Sequence record: SRR20825019_986
DNA: 42,715 nucleotides
Strand: one strand, 5' to 3'
The translations under genes and the position numbers were made by a program. Of this stretch, positions 19,920 through 29,775 are shown one piece after another. How positions within the stretch are numbered: position 1 is the first letter of the stretch; each line of letters begins with the position of its first letter. Under the pieces are notes generated by a model. The model did not search any database, was not told where the DNA came from, and was given only the letters and a program-made list of their open reading frames with translations.

Positions 19920-20807
19920 CTATTTGAATTGTGCGGAAACGTTTTCCGCTTTTCTGGATTCGGAATAATCGTAAAAGCCTTCGCCCGATTTCACGCCCAA
20001 TTTACCTGCCATAACCATATTGACGAGTAGGGGGCACGGAGCGTATTTAGGGTTTTTGAATCCATCGTACATCACATTTAAAATGGAAAGGCATACATCC
20101 AACCCAATAAAATCGGCCAATTGGAGCGGCCCCATGGGGTGTGCCATACCCAATTTCATTACGGTATCGATTTCTTCAACGCCAGCCACGCCATTGTACA
20201 AGGTTTCTATGGATTCGTTGATCATGGGCATCAAAATACGATTGGCCACAAATCCTGGGTAATCGTTTACCTCGGTCGGGGTTTTGCCCAATTTTTTGGA
20301 CAGCTCCATGATGGTCTCCGTGACTTCGTCCGAAGTACTGTACCCACGAATGATTTCCACCAACTTCATAATGGGTACAGGATTCATAAAGTGCATTCCG
20401 ATCACTTTTTCGGGACGATTGGTGGCAGCTCCAATCTGCGTGATGGAAATAGAGGAGGTATTGGTGGCCAAAATGGCTTCTGCTTTGCAGACTTCATCCA
20501 AGTCCCTGAAAATCTTCAGTTTGATGTCCAAGTTCTCCGTTGCGGCTTCAACTACTAAATCTGAATCAGAAACCCCTTCTTTAAAGTTGGTATAGGTGGT
20601 AATATTGGACAACGTAGCTTCCTTTTTAGTCCCATCAATGACTTCTTTGGAAATCATTCGGTCTAAATTCTTTGTAATGGTCGCCATTCCTTTGTCCAAG
20701 GATGCCTGAGAAATATCCACAAGGTTGACTTTATATCCGTTTTGGGCAAAAACATGGGCGATTCCGTTACCCATGGTTCCAGCACCGATAACTGCTATTT
20801 GTTCCAT
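19920..20807 (-). CDS. hbd: 3-hydroxybutyryl-CoA dehydrogenase
   Basis: GAGTMG, VEAATE, TNTSS, GMHFMNP, GFVANR, PMGP. Confidence 0.93.
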   Translation of the reverse strand: MEQIAVIGAGTMGNGIAHVFAQNGYKVNLVDISQASLDKGMATITKNLDRMISKEVIDGTKKEATLSNITTYTNFKEGVSDSDLVVEAATENLDIKLKIFRDLDEVCKAEAILATNTSSISITQIGAATNRPEKVIGMHFMNPVPIMKLVEIIRGYSTSDEVTETIMELSKKLGKTPTEVNDYPGFVANRILMPMINESIETLYNGVAGVEEIDTVMKLGMAHPMGPLQLADFIGLDVCLSILNVMYDGFKNPKYAPCPLLVNMVMAGKLGVKSGEGFYDYSESRKAENVSAQFK

Positions 20808-20861
20808 AGTATAGTATTTAAAACTGTTGTCAGTTCAAAAAAAAACAGAGAATGACAACGA

Positions 20862-21827
20862 TTATTGATCAAAAGATTCTATTATCTGAAGGGCTACGCG
20901 TAGGGCGTTGGTGCCTTGTTCCAAACTTACGATTGGCGTGGTATCGTTGTTGATGGCATCTGCAAAGGTTTCCAGCTCATCCAAAATGGCGTTGTTTACG
21001 TCTATTTCAGGATTTTCAAAATAGATCTGCTTTTTCTCGCCTTCCGCATTTTGAAGGATCATATCAAAATCCCCAGGCTTTTCTGGAGCGTCCTTCATTT
21101 TTACCACTTCAACTTTTTTCTCCAAGAAATCCACCGAGATGTAGGCATCACGTTGAAAGAAGCGGGATTTTCGCATATTTTTCAAAGAGATTCTGCTGGC
21201 AGTAAGGTTGGCCACGCAGCCATTTTTGAACTGTATGCGTGCATTGGCGATATCGGGAGACTGACTTATCACGGAGACCCCGCTTGCGTTAATTTTTTCC
21301 ACTTCGGAAGGAACAACGCTCAAAATGGCATCGATGTCGTGTATCATCAAGTCCAACACTACAGGCACATCGGTTCCGCGGGGATTAAATTCCGCCAGAC
21401 GATGCGTTTCGATGAACATGGGGTTCTCAATTTTGTTCTTTACCGCCAAAAATGCGGGGTTAAAGCGCTCCACATGTCCAACTTGCCCTTTTACATTGTG
21501 TTTTTTGGAAAGCTCCAATAATTCTTCAGCTTCCTCAAGCGTATTGGTAATTGGTTTTTCTATGAAGATATGCTTGCCTTTTTGGGTGGCTTTTTTGGCA
21601 CAATCAAAATGCGACAAGGTAGGTGTTACAATATCAACAACATCCACGGCATCCATCAAATTATTGATGTTATCGTAGTGGGTATACCCAAATTCTGCCG
21701 CTACTTTTTTTGCATTGATTTCATCTGGATCATAAAACCCGACGAGTTCGTATTTATCTGATTGGTTTAAGAGCCTTAGGTGTATTTTTCCTAAATGTCC
21801 CGCTCCCAGGACACCAACTTTTAGCAT
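20862..21827 (-). CDS. Gfo/Idh/MocA family oxidoreductase
   Basis: GAGHLG, FIEKP, GHVERFNP, DLMIHDID. Confidence 0.92.
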   Translation of the reverse strand: MLKVGVLGAGHLGKIHLRLLNQSDKYELVGFYDPDEINAKKVAAEFGYTHYDNINNLMDAVDVVDIVTPTLSHFDCAKKATQKGKHIFIEKPITNTLEEAEELLELSKKHNVKGQVGHVERFNPAFLAVKNKIENPMFIETHRLAEFNPRGTDVPVVLDLMIHDIDAILSVVPSEVEKINASGVSVISQSPDIANARIQFKNGCVANLTASRISLKNMRKSRFFQRDAYISVDFLEKKVEVVKMKDAPEKPGDFDMILQNAEGEKKQIYFENPEIDVNNAILDELETFADAINNDTTPIVSLEQGTNALRVALQIIESFDQ

Positions 21828-21941
21828 AATACCTGTTTTGGTCAAAAATACGGATATGATGTCAGTTTCCATAAATTTTTGAACGGAACTAAGGGGATAT
21901 TTTTAGGAACTTTATAAATTCGTGCCACCAGACCACAGACC

Positions 21942-22583
21942 ATGAAGGATACACTCAAACATAGGGGAATGCGCAAGAACTTGGCCGATATAGTTGCTGC
22001 CAAAGGAGTTACCGACAATAAGGTACTTGATGCTATAAAAACGATACCGAGACACTTGTTTTTGGATAGTAGCTTTGAGGACCATGCGTATCAGGATAAG
22101 GCGTTTCCCATTGGGGCTGACCAGACCATTTCACAACCTTATACTGTGGCTTTTCAAACAGAATTATTGGAAGTGAAGCCCAATGCCAAAATTTTGGAAA
22201 TTGGTACGGGGAGCGGGTATCAAACGGCTGTTTTAATGCATTTACGCGCTAAGGTTTATACTATTGAACGTCAGTTGGAACTGTTCAAGACCACCAGCTT
22301 ATTTTTTAATAAAATGCATTACCGTCCCAAGAAAATGATTTTTGGTGATGGTTACAAAGGATTGCCTGAAGAAGCTCCTTTTGATGGTATTATCGTAACC
22401 GCTGGGGCTCCTGAAGTACCAAGGCCTCTAATGGCTCAATTGAAAGTAGGGGGCAGGTTGGTGATTCCCGTGGGGACAGATGAACAAATCATGACTTTGT
22501 TCGTACGAAAATCTGAAAAGGAATTTGAAAAGAAGGAATTCGGTTCGTTCCGTTTTGTGCCCTTGCTGGAAGACAAGAACTAG
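21942..22583 (+). CDS. pcm: Protein-L-isoaspartate O-methyltransferase
   Basis: [30 protein letters not shown]. Confidence 0.96.
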   Translation: MKDTLKHRGMRKNLADIVAAKGVTDNKVLDAIKTIPRHLFLDSSFEDHAYQDKAFPIGADQTISQPYTVAFQTELLEVKPNAKILEIGTGSGYQTAVLMHLRAKVYTIERQLELFKTTSLFFNKMHYRPKKMIFGDGYKGLPEEAPFDGIIVTAGAPEVPRPLMAQLKVGGRLVIPVGTDEQIMTLFVRKSEKEFEKKEFGSFRFVPLLEDKN

Positions 22584-23041
22584 TTGTTGAAACTTTTTTT
22601 GATTCGGTCCAAGTTCCGTTTGCTATCACGGCTTTTGATGGTTTCCCGTTTATCATACAACTTTTTACCCTTGGCCAGGCCAATGTTCATCTTGGCGAGA
22701 CCTCTATCATTTATAAAAACCTTCAGCGGGACAATGGTGAGCCCTGTGGTGGCCACTTCTTTATGGAGCTTTTTTAGTTCCCGCTTGTTCAGCAACAATT
22801 TACGTACAGCCTTTGGAGCGTGGTTGAAATGACTTGCGTGGCTGTATTCATCAATCTGCATGTTGACTACGAACAGTTCCCCTTTGTCATTAAACTCACA
22901 AAAACTTTGTGAAATGGAAGCCTTGCCCTCTCGAAGTGATTTTATTTCGGTACCACCTAAAACAATACCTGCCATGTAGGTGTCCAGAATTTCGTAATCG
23001 AATCGGGCCCTTCTATTTTTTATGTTGATATTTTTCTGCAT
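22580..23041 (-). CDS. smpB: SsrA-binding protein
   Basis: [28 protein letters not shown]. Confidence 0.96.
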   Translation of the reverse strand: MQKNINIKNRRARFDYEILDTYMAGIVLGGTEIKSLREGKASISQSFCEFNDKGELFVVNMQIDEYSHASHFNHAPKAVRKLLLNKRELKKLHKEVATTGLTIVPLKVFINDRGLAKMNIGLAKGKKLYDKRETIKSRDSKRNLDRIKKSFNN

Positions 23042-23121
23042 CGTGGACAAAAATATAAACTCTTTGCCAAGAAAATTGTAATGTTACACTAGATTTTACG
23101 AATAACTACCAAAACCAACTC

Positions 23122-23859
23122 ATGAAAAGAATTTTAATTCCTCTGATACTTGTTTTTGTCATCGCATGCAAGCAAGAATCCAAAAAAGAATTGACAGTGC
23201 AGCAAATCGTGGATAATTCCATTGCCGATAGCGGAGGAAAACGTTTTGACGAGTACAGAGTGACTTTTGATTTTAGGGACAAAGGTTATGTTTCTGAAAA
23301 TATGGATGGGCAACGTGTATATAAACGTATCTCAGATTTGGACTCCACTACCATTATTGATGTGAAACGAGGAGACGATTTTGAACGTTATATGAACGAT
23401 TCTTTGGTGATGGTCCACGATACCATGGCGGTGAAATATGCCAATTCCATCAACTCGGTGCATTATTTTGTGCGGTTGCCCTATGGATTGAACGATGCAG
23501 CCGTCAACAAAGAACTTTTGGGCAAGGAGACTATCAAAAACAAAGAATATTACAAAGTAAAGGTAACGTTTGACCAACAGGGCGGGGGTGAAGATTTTGA
23601 GGATACTTATCTGTATTGGTTTGATAAAGAATCATTTAAACCTGATTATTTAGCGTATGACTTTCATGTGAACGGAGGTGGTCAACGCTTTAGAAAAGCT
23701 TACAATGAACGCTATATCAACGGTATTCGATTTGTAGATTACGAAAATTATAAACCTAAGAAAGAAGGAGCGTCTATTTTGGACATTGGAAAGTTGTACA
23801 ACGAAGGTGAGCTTGAACTCTTAAGTAAAATTGAGCTCAAAAATATTGTGGTAGAATAA
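23122..23859 (+). CDS. Lipoprotein of unknown function (DUF6503-like)
   Basis: Lipobox VIAC; FDFR, NSVHYF, GGGEDF, DYLAY. Confidence 0.7.
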   Translation: MKRILIPLILVFVIACKQESKKELTVQQIVDNSIADSGGKRFDEYRVTFDFRDKGYVSENMDGQRVYKRISDLDSTTIIDVKRGDDFERYMNDSLVMVHDTMAVKYANSINSVHYFVRLPYGLNDAAVNKELLGKETIKNKEYYKVKVTFDQQGGGEDFEDTYLYWFDKESFKPDYLAYDFHVNGGGQRFRKAYNERYINGIRFVDYENYKPKKEGASILDIGKLYNEGELELLSKIELKNIVVE

Positions 23860-23861
23860 AC

Positions 23862-24386
23862 CTAGTCCATTTTTAAACGAATATCGGTCGGTACCCCATC
23901 AATGATTCGTACGATGAACAGACTGGCATTGTCAGAATCGTCCATTGGGCCGTACTTTTCCACTCCAATTACTTTGTTTACAAGCATTGGTGTAGTGTTG
24001 CTATGTCCAACGACCAAAACATTTTTACCTTCATTGATCAATTTGAACTCTTCCACATCAAATGTGCTGGGATCATAGTATGTAATGTCAATATCTTTTT
24101 TTACAGAAGTTGGAGCAGCCGTCATTGAGGTGCGCTCGTAATTGGTAGAATATACCATGTCCAAAGGAATGGCATCAAAAACTTCGGCCCAACGAATGGC
24201 CCTATCCAACCCATCTTGATTGAGCTCTGGATCCGCGTTTTCTGGGTCGGTTCTATCTTTTTCTGCATGTCTAATAAAATAGAAGGTGGAAATAATAGGA
24301 TCTTCCCCAATTTTCGTATCTTTTTTGCAGCTGACTATTCCAAAGAATATAAATGCAAGTATAATTAGAGGTTTGATGGTTCGCAT
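23862..24386 (-). CDS. Histidine phosphatase (phosphoglycerate mutase/SixA-like) lipoprotein
   Basis: Lipobox IVSC; RHAEK, VVGHSNT. Confidence 0.85.
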   Translation of the reverse strand: MRTIKPLIILAFIFFGIVSCKKDTKIGEDPIISTFYFIRHAEKDRTDPENADPELNQDGLDRAIRWAEVFDAIPLDMVYSTNYERTSMTAAPTSVKKDIDITYYDPSTFDVEEFKLINEGKNVLVVGHSNTTPMLVNKVIGVEKYGPMDDSDNASLFIVRIIDGVPTDIRLKMD

Positions 24387-24459
24387 GGTTCTATTCAAAG
24401 TTCACGAGTGTTTTTTAGATAATTAGCCTAAAAGTAACGTTTAATTTTCATTTTCTCGT

Positions 24460-25863
24460 ATGCCAAAATATTTGGTTTGTTTGTTTATAATGGCAATTTA
24501 CATGACAAGCTGGGCACAAGAGCCCGTTCTGCCATCTGATTTTAGACAACATTCGTTAACACAGTTCAATGCAGGTTTATTTAATCCTACCTATGCTTTG
24601 GATTGGAACAATCCGAACTCCCTTTCGGTATGGACGCGTTGGCAATGGCAAACAATCGATGGGGACCCGACGACCATTTTTGCCAATTATACGCATCAGT
24701 TCAATACTTCATCGGGGGCATCGATAGGATTTTTACAGCACAATACGGGTATATTTTTGTTTACAGGGGGTAATTTGAATTTTTCCCAAGGCTTTGAACT
24801 TGATGAGGGAATCAAGTTAATGGCGGGCTTGAATACATTCGTCTATCAACAAACAGTGGCGGATGAGCAATATGTTCCAGATGATCAGTTGGACCCCATT
24901 GCCTTGGAGGATTTGGAGGGACTTAAGGTTCAATTTTCCCCCGGACTGCGGTTGTTGGTAAATAGATTCAGTGCTGGGATAGCTTTTGAAAATGCCATCG
25001 GATTCAATATTTCAGGAAACGACAGCGGCAGTGTGGGCAACTTTCAGAGCATTACGGGTACATTGAGCAATGATTTTCCAGTTGAACTTTCCCCAGGTCT
25101 TGGCGCGAGCTATATTCGCCCGGTACTCTATGTCAAAACGGTGCCTAATGCCGATACCCAATTTGGACTGAATGGATTGTTTTCCACATCTAGATTCTGG
25201 GTACAGGGCGGTTATAATAGCTTTTACGGTCCATCAGGTGGTTTAGGGGTTACCATCGCAAAATCCTTTTCTATTGGTGGGCTGATGGAATTTGGAACCG
25301 ATGGTTCTCTTGTAGAGGAAGAACCCTCCATAGAAATATTGGCCTCCTATCATTTTGGAAAAACAAAACCGAAGATAAAGAAGATTGAAGAATCGAATAC
25401 GCTTGAAGAAGAGGTCGAGAGACAAAGGTTGGAGCAGGAACAAAGGGAGCTTGAAGCCAGGAGACGGATAGAACGAGAGAAGGATTCCTTGGCAGAGGTT
25501 CAACGCCTCAAAGAGCAAATGGAACTACAAAGAAAGAAGGATAGTATTGAGCGCCTTCAAAATCAGACAGTAGAGGTGAAGCCCAATGAAAGATACGAGG
25601 AAGTTGAAAATGAAGACGGTCTGGAACCTGGCTTTTATCTGATTGCCAATGTATACGGCACCAAAAAGTACTTCGACAACTTTATGAAGACACTACGGGA
25701 GAAGGGTATGGAACCGAAATCTTTTTATAGGAGCTTCAACAAGTACAATTATGTGTATCTGGAACGATACAATACCATGGATGAGGCCAGAAAAGCCCGC
25801 GACAGCAAGTTTTTTGGCCAGTATGAGGACAAGACCTGGATTTTTAGGGTGAAGGGTAATTAA
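24460..25863 (+). CDS. PorP/SprF family T9SS outer membrane barrel with a C-terminal coiled coil and SPOR-like domain
   Basis: Signal peptide; FNPTYA, RWQWQTIDGDPTT, EILASYHF; charged linker; C-terminal GFYLIANVY...YVYL...EAR. Confidence 0.8.
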   Translation: MPKYLVCLFIMAIYMTSWAQEPVLPSDFRQHSLTQFNAGLFNPTYALDWNNPNSLSVWTRWQWQTIDGDPTTIFANYTHQFNTSSGASIGFLQHNTGIFLFTGGNLNFSQGFELDEGIKLMAGLNTFVYQQTVADEQYVPDDQLDPIALEDLEGLKVQFSPGLRLLVNRFSAGIAFENAIGFNISGNDSGSVGNFQSITGTLSNDFPVELSPGLGASYIRPVLYVKTVPNADTQFGLNGLFSTSRFWVQGGYNSFYGPSGGLGVTIAKSFSIGGLMEFGTDGSLVEEEPSIEILASYHFGKTKPKIKKIEESNTLEEEVERQRLEQEQRELEARRRIEREKDSLAEVQRLKEQMELQRKKDSIERLQNQTVEVKPNERYEEVENEDGLEPGFYLIANVYGTKKYFDNFMKTLREKGMEPKSFYRSFNKYNYVYLERYNTMDEARKARDSKFFGQYEDKTWIFRVKGN

Positions 25864-25879
25864 TTTTTAGGGTATAATA

Positions 25880-25958
25880 TCATTTCGAACCTGGTGAGAA
25901 ATCTCTTCTCAAATTCAATAATGGGAGATTCCTCGCCGCTTTACTCTGTCGGAATGAC
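25880..25958. repeat. REP-like element family A copy 2
   Basis: TCATTTCGAA...TGAGAAATCTCTT...GAGATTCCTCG...TGTCGGAATGAC, homologous to 19807-19901; lies between convergent genes. Confidence 0.8.
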
Positions 25959-25993
25959 AAACGGTTTCAATTTTAAAAGCTGGATAGGTTGCT

Positions 25994-26590
25994 TTACTTT
26001 TTAAGCTCCTGTTTTACCAAAAACTCCAGATACGTAATGGTATTGACCAAATACTTTCGGTCCTGTGTCATGGTGCTCATGGCCACGGCACCTTGAACCA
26101 TGGTAAACAGTTGCTTTGCAAATTGTAGTGGGGGGACAGGAAGTTTAATTTCGTTCTGTTTGGCACCATTTTCCAAGATAAGGGCAACTTTTCCTTCAAT
26201 ATCCTTAATGGTTTCTTTCACGGCCGCGGCCAAAAGCTTGTTGTTGCCTTGGGCATCTATTCCCACGTTCAACAGTGGGCATCCACCCATGGGAAGGGTA
26301 AAAACGTCGTACTGCTTGTAAAAATTCAAAAGGGAATACAATCTGGCCAACGCTTCGGTTCCAGTGCTAAGTTTATCATCAATAGCTTGCAACAACATGT
26401 TCCGATTGTGTTCAAAAGCCGATAGCGCCAGAGCCTCTTTATTTTCAAAATTGCCGTATATGGCCCCTTTGGTAAGCCCTGTGGCCTCGGTAAGGTCGCT
26501 CATGCTTGTACCTATATAGCCGTGCTTATTGAAAATAGGCGCTACGGTTTCAATAATATAAGCGGTGGTTCGTTCTGCTTTCTTGGACAT
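25994..26590 (-). CDS. TetR/AcrR family transcriptional regulator
   Basis: HTH GYIGTSMSDL...GLTKGAIYGNFENKEAL; GGCPLLN. Confidence 0.92.
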   Translation of the reverse strand: MSKKAERTTAYIIETVAPIFNKHGYIGTSMSDLTEATGLTKGAIYGNFENKEALALSAFEHNRNMLLQAIDDKLSTGTEALARLYSLLNFYKQYDVFTLPMGGCPLLNVGIDAQGNNKLLAAAVKETIKDIEGKVALILENGAKQNEIKLPVPPLQFAKQLFTMVQGAVAMSTMTQDRKYLVNTITYLEFLVKQELKK

Positions 26591-26631
26591 GGAATAGGTT
26601 GCTGTTGGTCGAATCTAAGATATAAAAAATC

Positions 26632-26649
26632 AAATACTGTTTGGTATTT
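26632..26649. promoter_or_regulatory. Putative TetR operator
   Basis: Dyad AAATAC-N6-GTATTT about 40 bp upstream of the tetR start. Confidence 0.4.
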
Positions 26650-26748
26650 AAACGGTCAAAACCCTGAATTTTAACATGTTTCTTGGAATAAAATACCTTT
26701 CCAATACCCATTTTGTTTTTGGGTGGAATGATAAAGAATGGAACTTGA

Positions 26749-27819
26749 TCAGTGTTTGGACCAAACCCTTCTTAAGAAATCAATAAAGTTTTGGTTCATA
26801 ATTTTTTCAATATCCGTGCTCGTGTAACCTCTCTTCGTCAATAGATCTGGAATTTTTTGAAGATCTGCAATAGTGTCCAGGTCATATGGGCTCTGTTCTT
26901 TTCCGAAGGCACCGTCGAGGTCGGTTCCAATACCAACATGGTCGGTATTCCCTGCCAACTGGCATATGTGATCTATATTATCCACCGCGATTTCCAAGGT
27001 CACGTTCATTTCCTTTGGGGTGGATTTACCACGTACCCAATTGGGAACCATCATCCAGGCATCCAATGCAACGCCGATTACAGCGTCCCGGCTAATAAGC
27101 TCTTTGATCTGTTCATCGGAAAACTGGCGATTATGGTCCACCAATTCCCTGCAATTATTGTGGCTGGCCCAAACTGGTCCATTGTAGATATCCATGGTCT
27201 CCCAAAAGCTTTTATCGCAAAGGTGGGTGGCATCCAAGATAATGTTGAGCTCTTCCACTTTTTTGAGCAAATCCTTTCCTTTTTGACCTATTCCTCCCAC
27301 CGAATCGGTGCCATGGGCATAAATCCCAGGACCGTAATGAGCTGGACCGATAGCTCTGAGGCCTGATTCATAGGATTTTTCCAAATAGCTCAAATCTACA
27401 ATGGAGTCGGCCCCTTCCAAACTTAAAATATATCCGATAGGTTTTTTTGGTGCATCGCTCTTCCAGAGTTTGAGGTGGGATTCCAAGCCTTGAATATCTT
27501 TGATTTGGACCATTTCACCTGCCGCCTCCATGGTTTTGTACCAAGCCAGTTGCCCTTGCGTTTGTGCCCAAGCTTGATGCTGTGAATGCCAACCAGGTAA
27601 GGGACTGCCTTTTTTTACAAAACGTGCAATTTGGGTGGCCATGCATAGGCCAATGTTGCCTTCTCGCATAGCGGGCAAGGAAACGGTATTCTTGCCTCGG
27701 TCCGGTTTGTCCGTCATTCCCTGTTCACGGTCACGTATTTCGGCAACTGGAAGGGTAAGGTCTCTGTTCCATTCCATGGCGTTCATGGAAAGGTCGAGAT
27801 GGGCATCAAATATAAACAT
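26749..27819 (-). CDS. Membrane dipeptidase family (M19) amidohydrolase
   Basis: DAHLD, SLEGA, LDATH, ASHNN, RQFSDEQ, IGTDLDG. Confidence 0.9.
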   Translation of the reverse strand: MFIFDAHLDLSMNAMEWNRDLTLPVAEIRDREQGMTDKPDRGKNTVSLPAMREGNIGLCMATQIARFVKKGSPLPGWHSQHQAWAQTQGQLAWYKTMEAAGEMVQIKDIQGLESHLKLWKSDAPKKPIGYILSLEGADSIVDLSYLEKSYESGLRAIGPAHYGPGIYAHGTDSVGGIGQKGKDLLKKVEELNIILDATHLCDKSFWETMDIYNGPVWASHNNCRELVDHNRQFSDEQIKELISRDAVIGVALDAWMMVPNWVRGKSTPKEMNVTLEIAVDNIDHICQLAGNTDHVGIGTDLDGAFGKEQSPYDLDTIADLQKIPDLLTKRGYTSTDIEKIMNQNFIDFLRRVWSKH

Positions 27820-27827
27820 GAGGGGTT

Positions 27828-28292
27828 TTATTGGTGAAGTTCAAAAATAGCTTCAATTTCTACTGCAATATTTCCTGGAAGCATCATACCGACCGCACTT
27901 CGCGATCCGATTCCGTTCTCTTCTCCAAAAATATCGGCCATCAGTTCACTAAAACCATTGATCACGTAGGGTTGTTTCCCAAAGTCTGGAGTGCAATTCA
28001 CCATGCCCAATACTTTTACCATTCTTTTGATTTTGTCCAAGCTTCCAAAGTGTGTCGTAATCGTGGATAGCATGGTCAATCCCACCTGACGAGCCGCCAG
28101 TTTGGACTGATCCTCATCAAGATCGTCTCCAGCACGCCCCGTCATTAGGGAGCCATCCAAATTAACCGGCCCTTGACCCGATACGTACAAAAAATTACCG
28201 ACCACTAAAACAGGTCGATACACGCCCGCAGGTGGCGGGGCAGGAGGTAATTGGAGGTTCAATGCCTCCATTCTTTTTGATGGTGATTCCAT
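27828..28292 (-). CDS. RidA/YjgF family protein
   Basis: YVSGQGP, VINGFSEL, SRSAVG, VEIEAI. Confidence 0.9.
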   Translation of the reverse strand: MESPSKRMEALNLQLPPAPPPAGVYRPVLVVGNFLYVSGQGPVNLDGSLMTGRAGDDLDEDQSKLAARQVGLTMLSTITTHFGSLDKIKRMVKVLGMVNCTPDFGKQPYVINGFSELMADIFGEENGIGSRSAVGMMLPGNIAVEIEAIFELHQ

Positions 28293-28303
28293 AAGTTTTA
28301 TTG

Positions 28304-29617
28304 TTAGATTATACTGTTGATGGCCAAAACGCCCAAGAGTCCCATAACGCCGACCAAGGTTTCCATAACGGTCCAAGTGGAAAGGGTTTCCTTCACTGAA
28401 AGGTTAAAATATTCCTTGAACATCCAAAAGCCCGTATCGTTGACGTGGGAAAGCATTAAACTTCCCGAGCCGATGGCCAAAACCATTAACTCTGGGCTTG
28501 TTCCCGTGCCCGAAGCCAGCGGAAGTACAATACCTGCGGCAGTAAGTCCTGCAACGGTGGCGGACCCTACACTAACGCGTATGGCGGTGGCAATGAGCCA
28601 GGCCAGTACCAAAGGTGAAATGCTTGACCCTTTTAAGCTGTCGGCAATATATTCGCTTACTTGACTGTCTATCAAAACTTCCTTTAATGCCCCAGCTCCA
28701 GCAATGATCAATAGAATCATGGTAATACTGGAAACGGAAGTGGACAGGGAATCCATAATGGTACTCATTTCCTTGCCTTTGACGAGCCCAAGTGAGTAGA
28801 TGGCAATAAGTACCGAAATCAGCAAAGCTATCACGGGATTACCTATAAAGGTGAGTATATTTCTGAGTACGCCTTCTTCCAAAAATTGCTCGGCAGCAAT
28901 ACCAACCCCGATAAAGATGATTGGGGACAGGGCGGTTAAAATACTTGTTGCGGTCGATGGCAACTGTTCCTGGGGTATGGGCTCGGCATTGTAAAACTCT
29001 TTTAATGGTTTTGCCTCAATTTTTTTAATTGTACGGGCAAACAAGGGTCCCGCTACTATTATTGCTGGTATGGCGACAATAAGACCGTACATTAATGTTT
29101 TGCCAATATCCGCATTGAACATGGCAGCAATGGCCGTTGGAGCGGGGTGGGGAGGAAGGTAGCCATGCGTTACAGATAAAGAGGTAAGCATGGGCAATCC
29201 CACATAAAGCAAGGGTAATCCCGTTGAAAAGGCTACGGTAAAGACCAAGGGTATCAAAATAACAAAGCCCACGGAGTAGAACATCGGGATACCTACAATA
29301 AAACCAGTGACCACCATGGCCCATTGCACGTGTTTTACGCCAAATTTGTTGACCAATTGCGTCGTGATCTGTTGAGCGGCGCCGCTATCGGCCACCAATT
29401 TCCCCAACATGGCCCCAAGCCCCAGAATAAGAACCAGAAAGCCCAATGTGTTTCCTATTCCCCTTTGTATGGATTGTACCAAATTTGCCAGTTCCATTCC
29501 TTGAAAAATGCCTACAAACAGGCATACGATAATGAAGGACAGAAAAGCATTGAGTTTAAATTTTGCGATAAGCAAGAAGAGCAGTAAAATACCTAGGACG
29601 GCAATGATCAGTGGCAT
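28304..29617 (-). CDS. GntP family gluconate:H+ symporter-like permease
   Basis: Multi-TM; LPPHPAP, GSATVA, SHVNDTGFW. Confidence 0.92.
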   Translation of the reverse strand: MPLIIAVLGILLLFLLIAKFKLNAFLSFIIVCLFVGIFQGMELANLVQSIQRGIGNTLGFLVLILGLGAMLGKLVADSGAAQQITTQLVNKFGVKHVQWAMVVTGFIVGIPMFYSVGFVILIPLVFTVAFSTGLPLLYVGLPMLTSLSVTHGYLPPHPAPTAIAAMFNADIGKTLMYGLIVAIPAIIVAGPLFARTIKKIEAKPLKEFYNAEPIPQEQLPSTATSILTALSPIIFIGVGIAAEQFLEEGVLRNILTFIGNPVIALLISVLIAIYSLGLVKGKEMSTIMDSLSTSVSSITMILLIIAGAGALKEVLIDSQVSEYIADSLKGSSISPLVLAWLIATAIRVSVGSATVAGLTAAGIVLPLASGTGTSPELMVLAIGSGSLMLSHVNDTGFWMFKEYFNLSVKETLSTWTVMETLVGVMGLLGVLAINSII

Positions 29618-29715
29618 ATTTAGGATATGGTTTTGAGCTAAAATAAGGATTTAAATGTAATGGCATTCAAAAGTTGTAGATTTCTAAAATTTTGACAGTA
29701 AAATATGATATAAAT

Positions 29716-29751
29716 AAAAATCCCCTCCCGAGAAGTCAGGGGAGGGGATTT
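29716..29751 (-). terminator. Terminator downstream of clpB
   Basis: AAATCCCCTCCC...GGGAGGGGATTT stem with an A run on its left (U tract on the minus strand). Confidence 0.75.
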
Positions 29752-29775
29752 CATGACTGAAATTTATTTGGAGAA

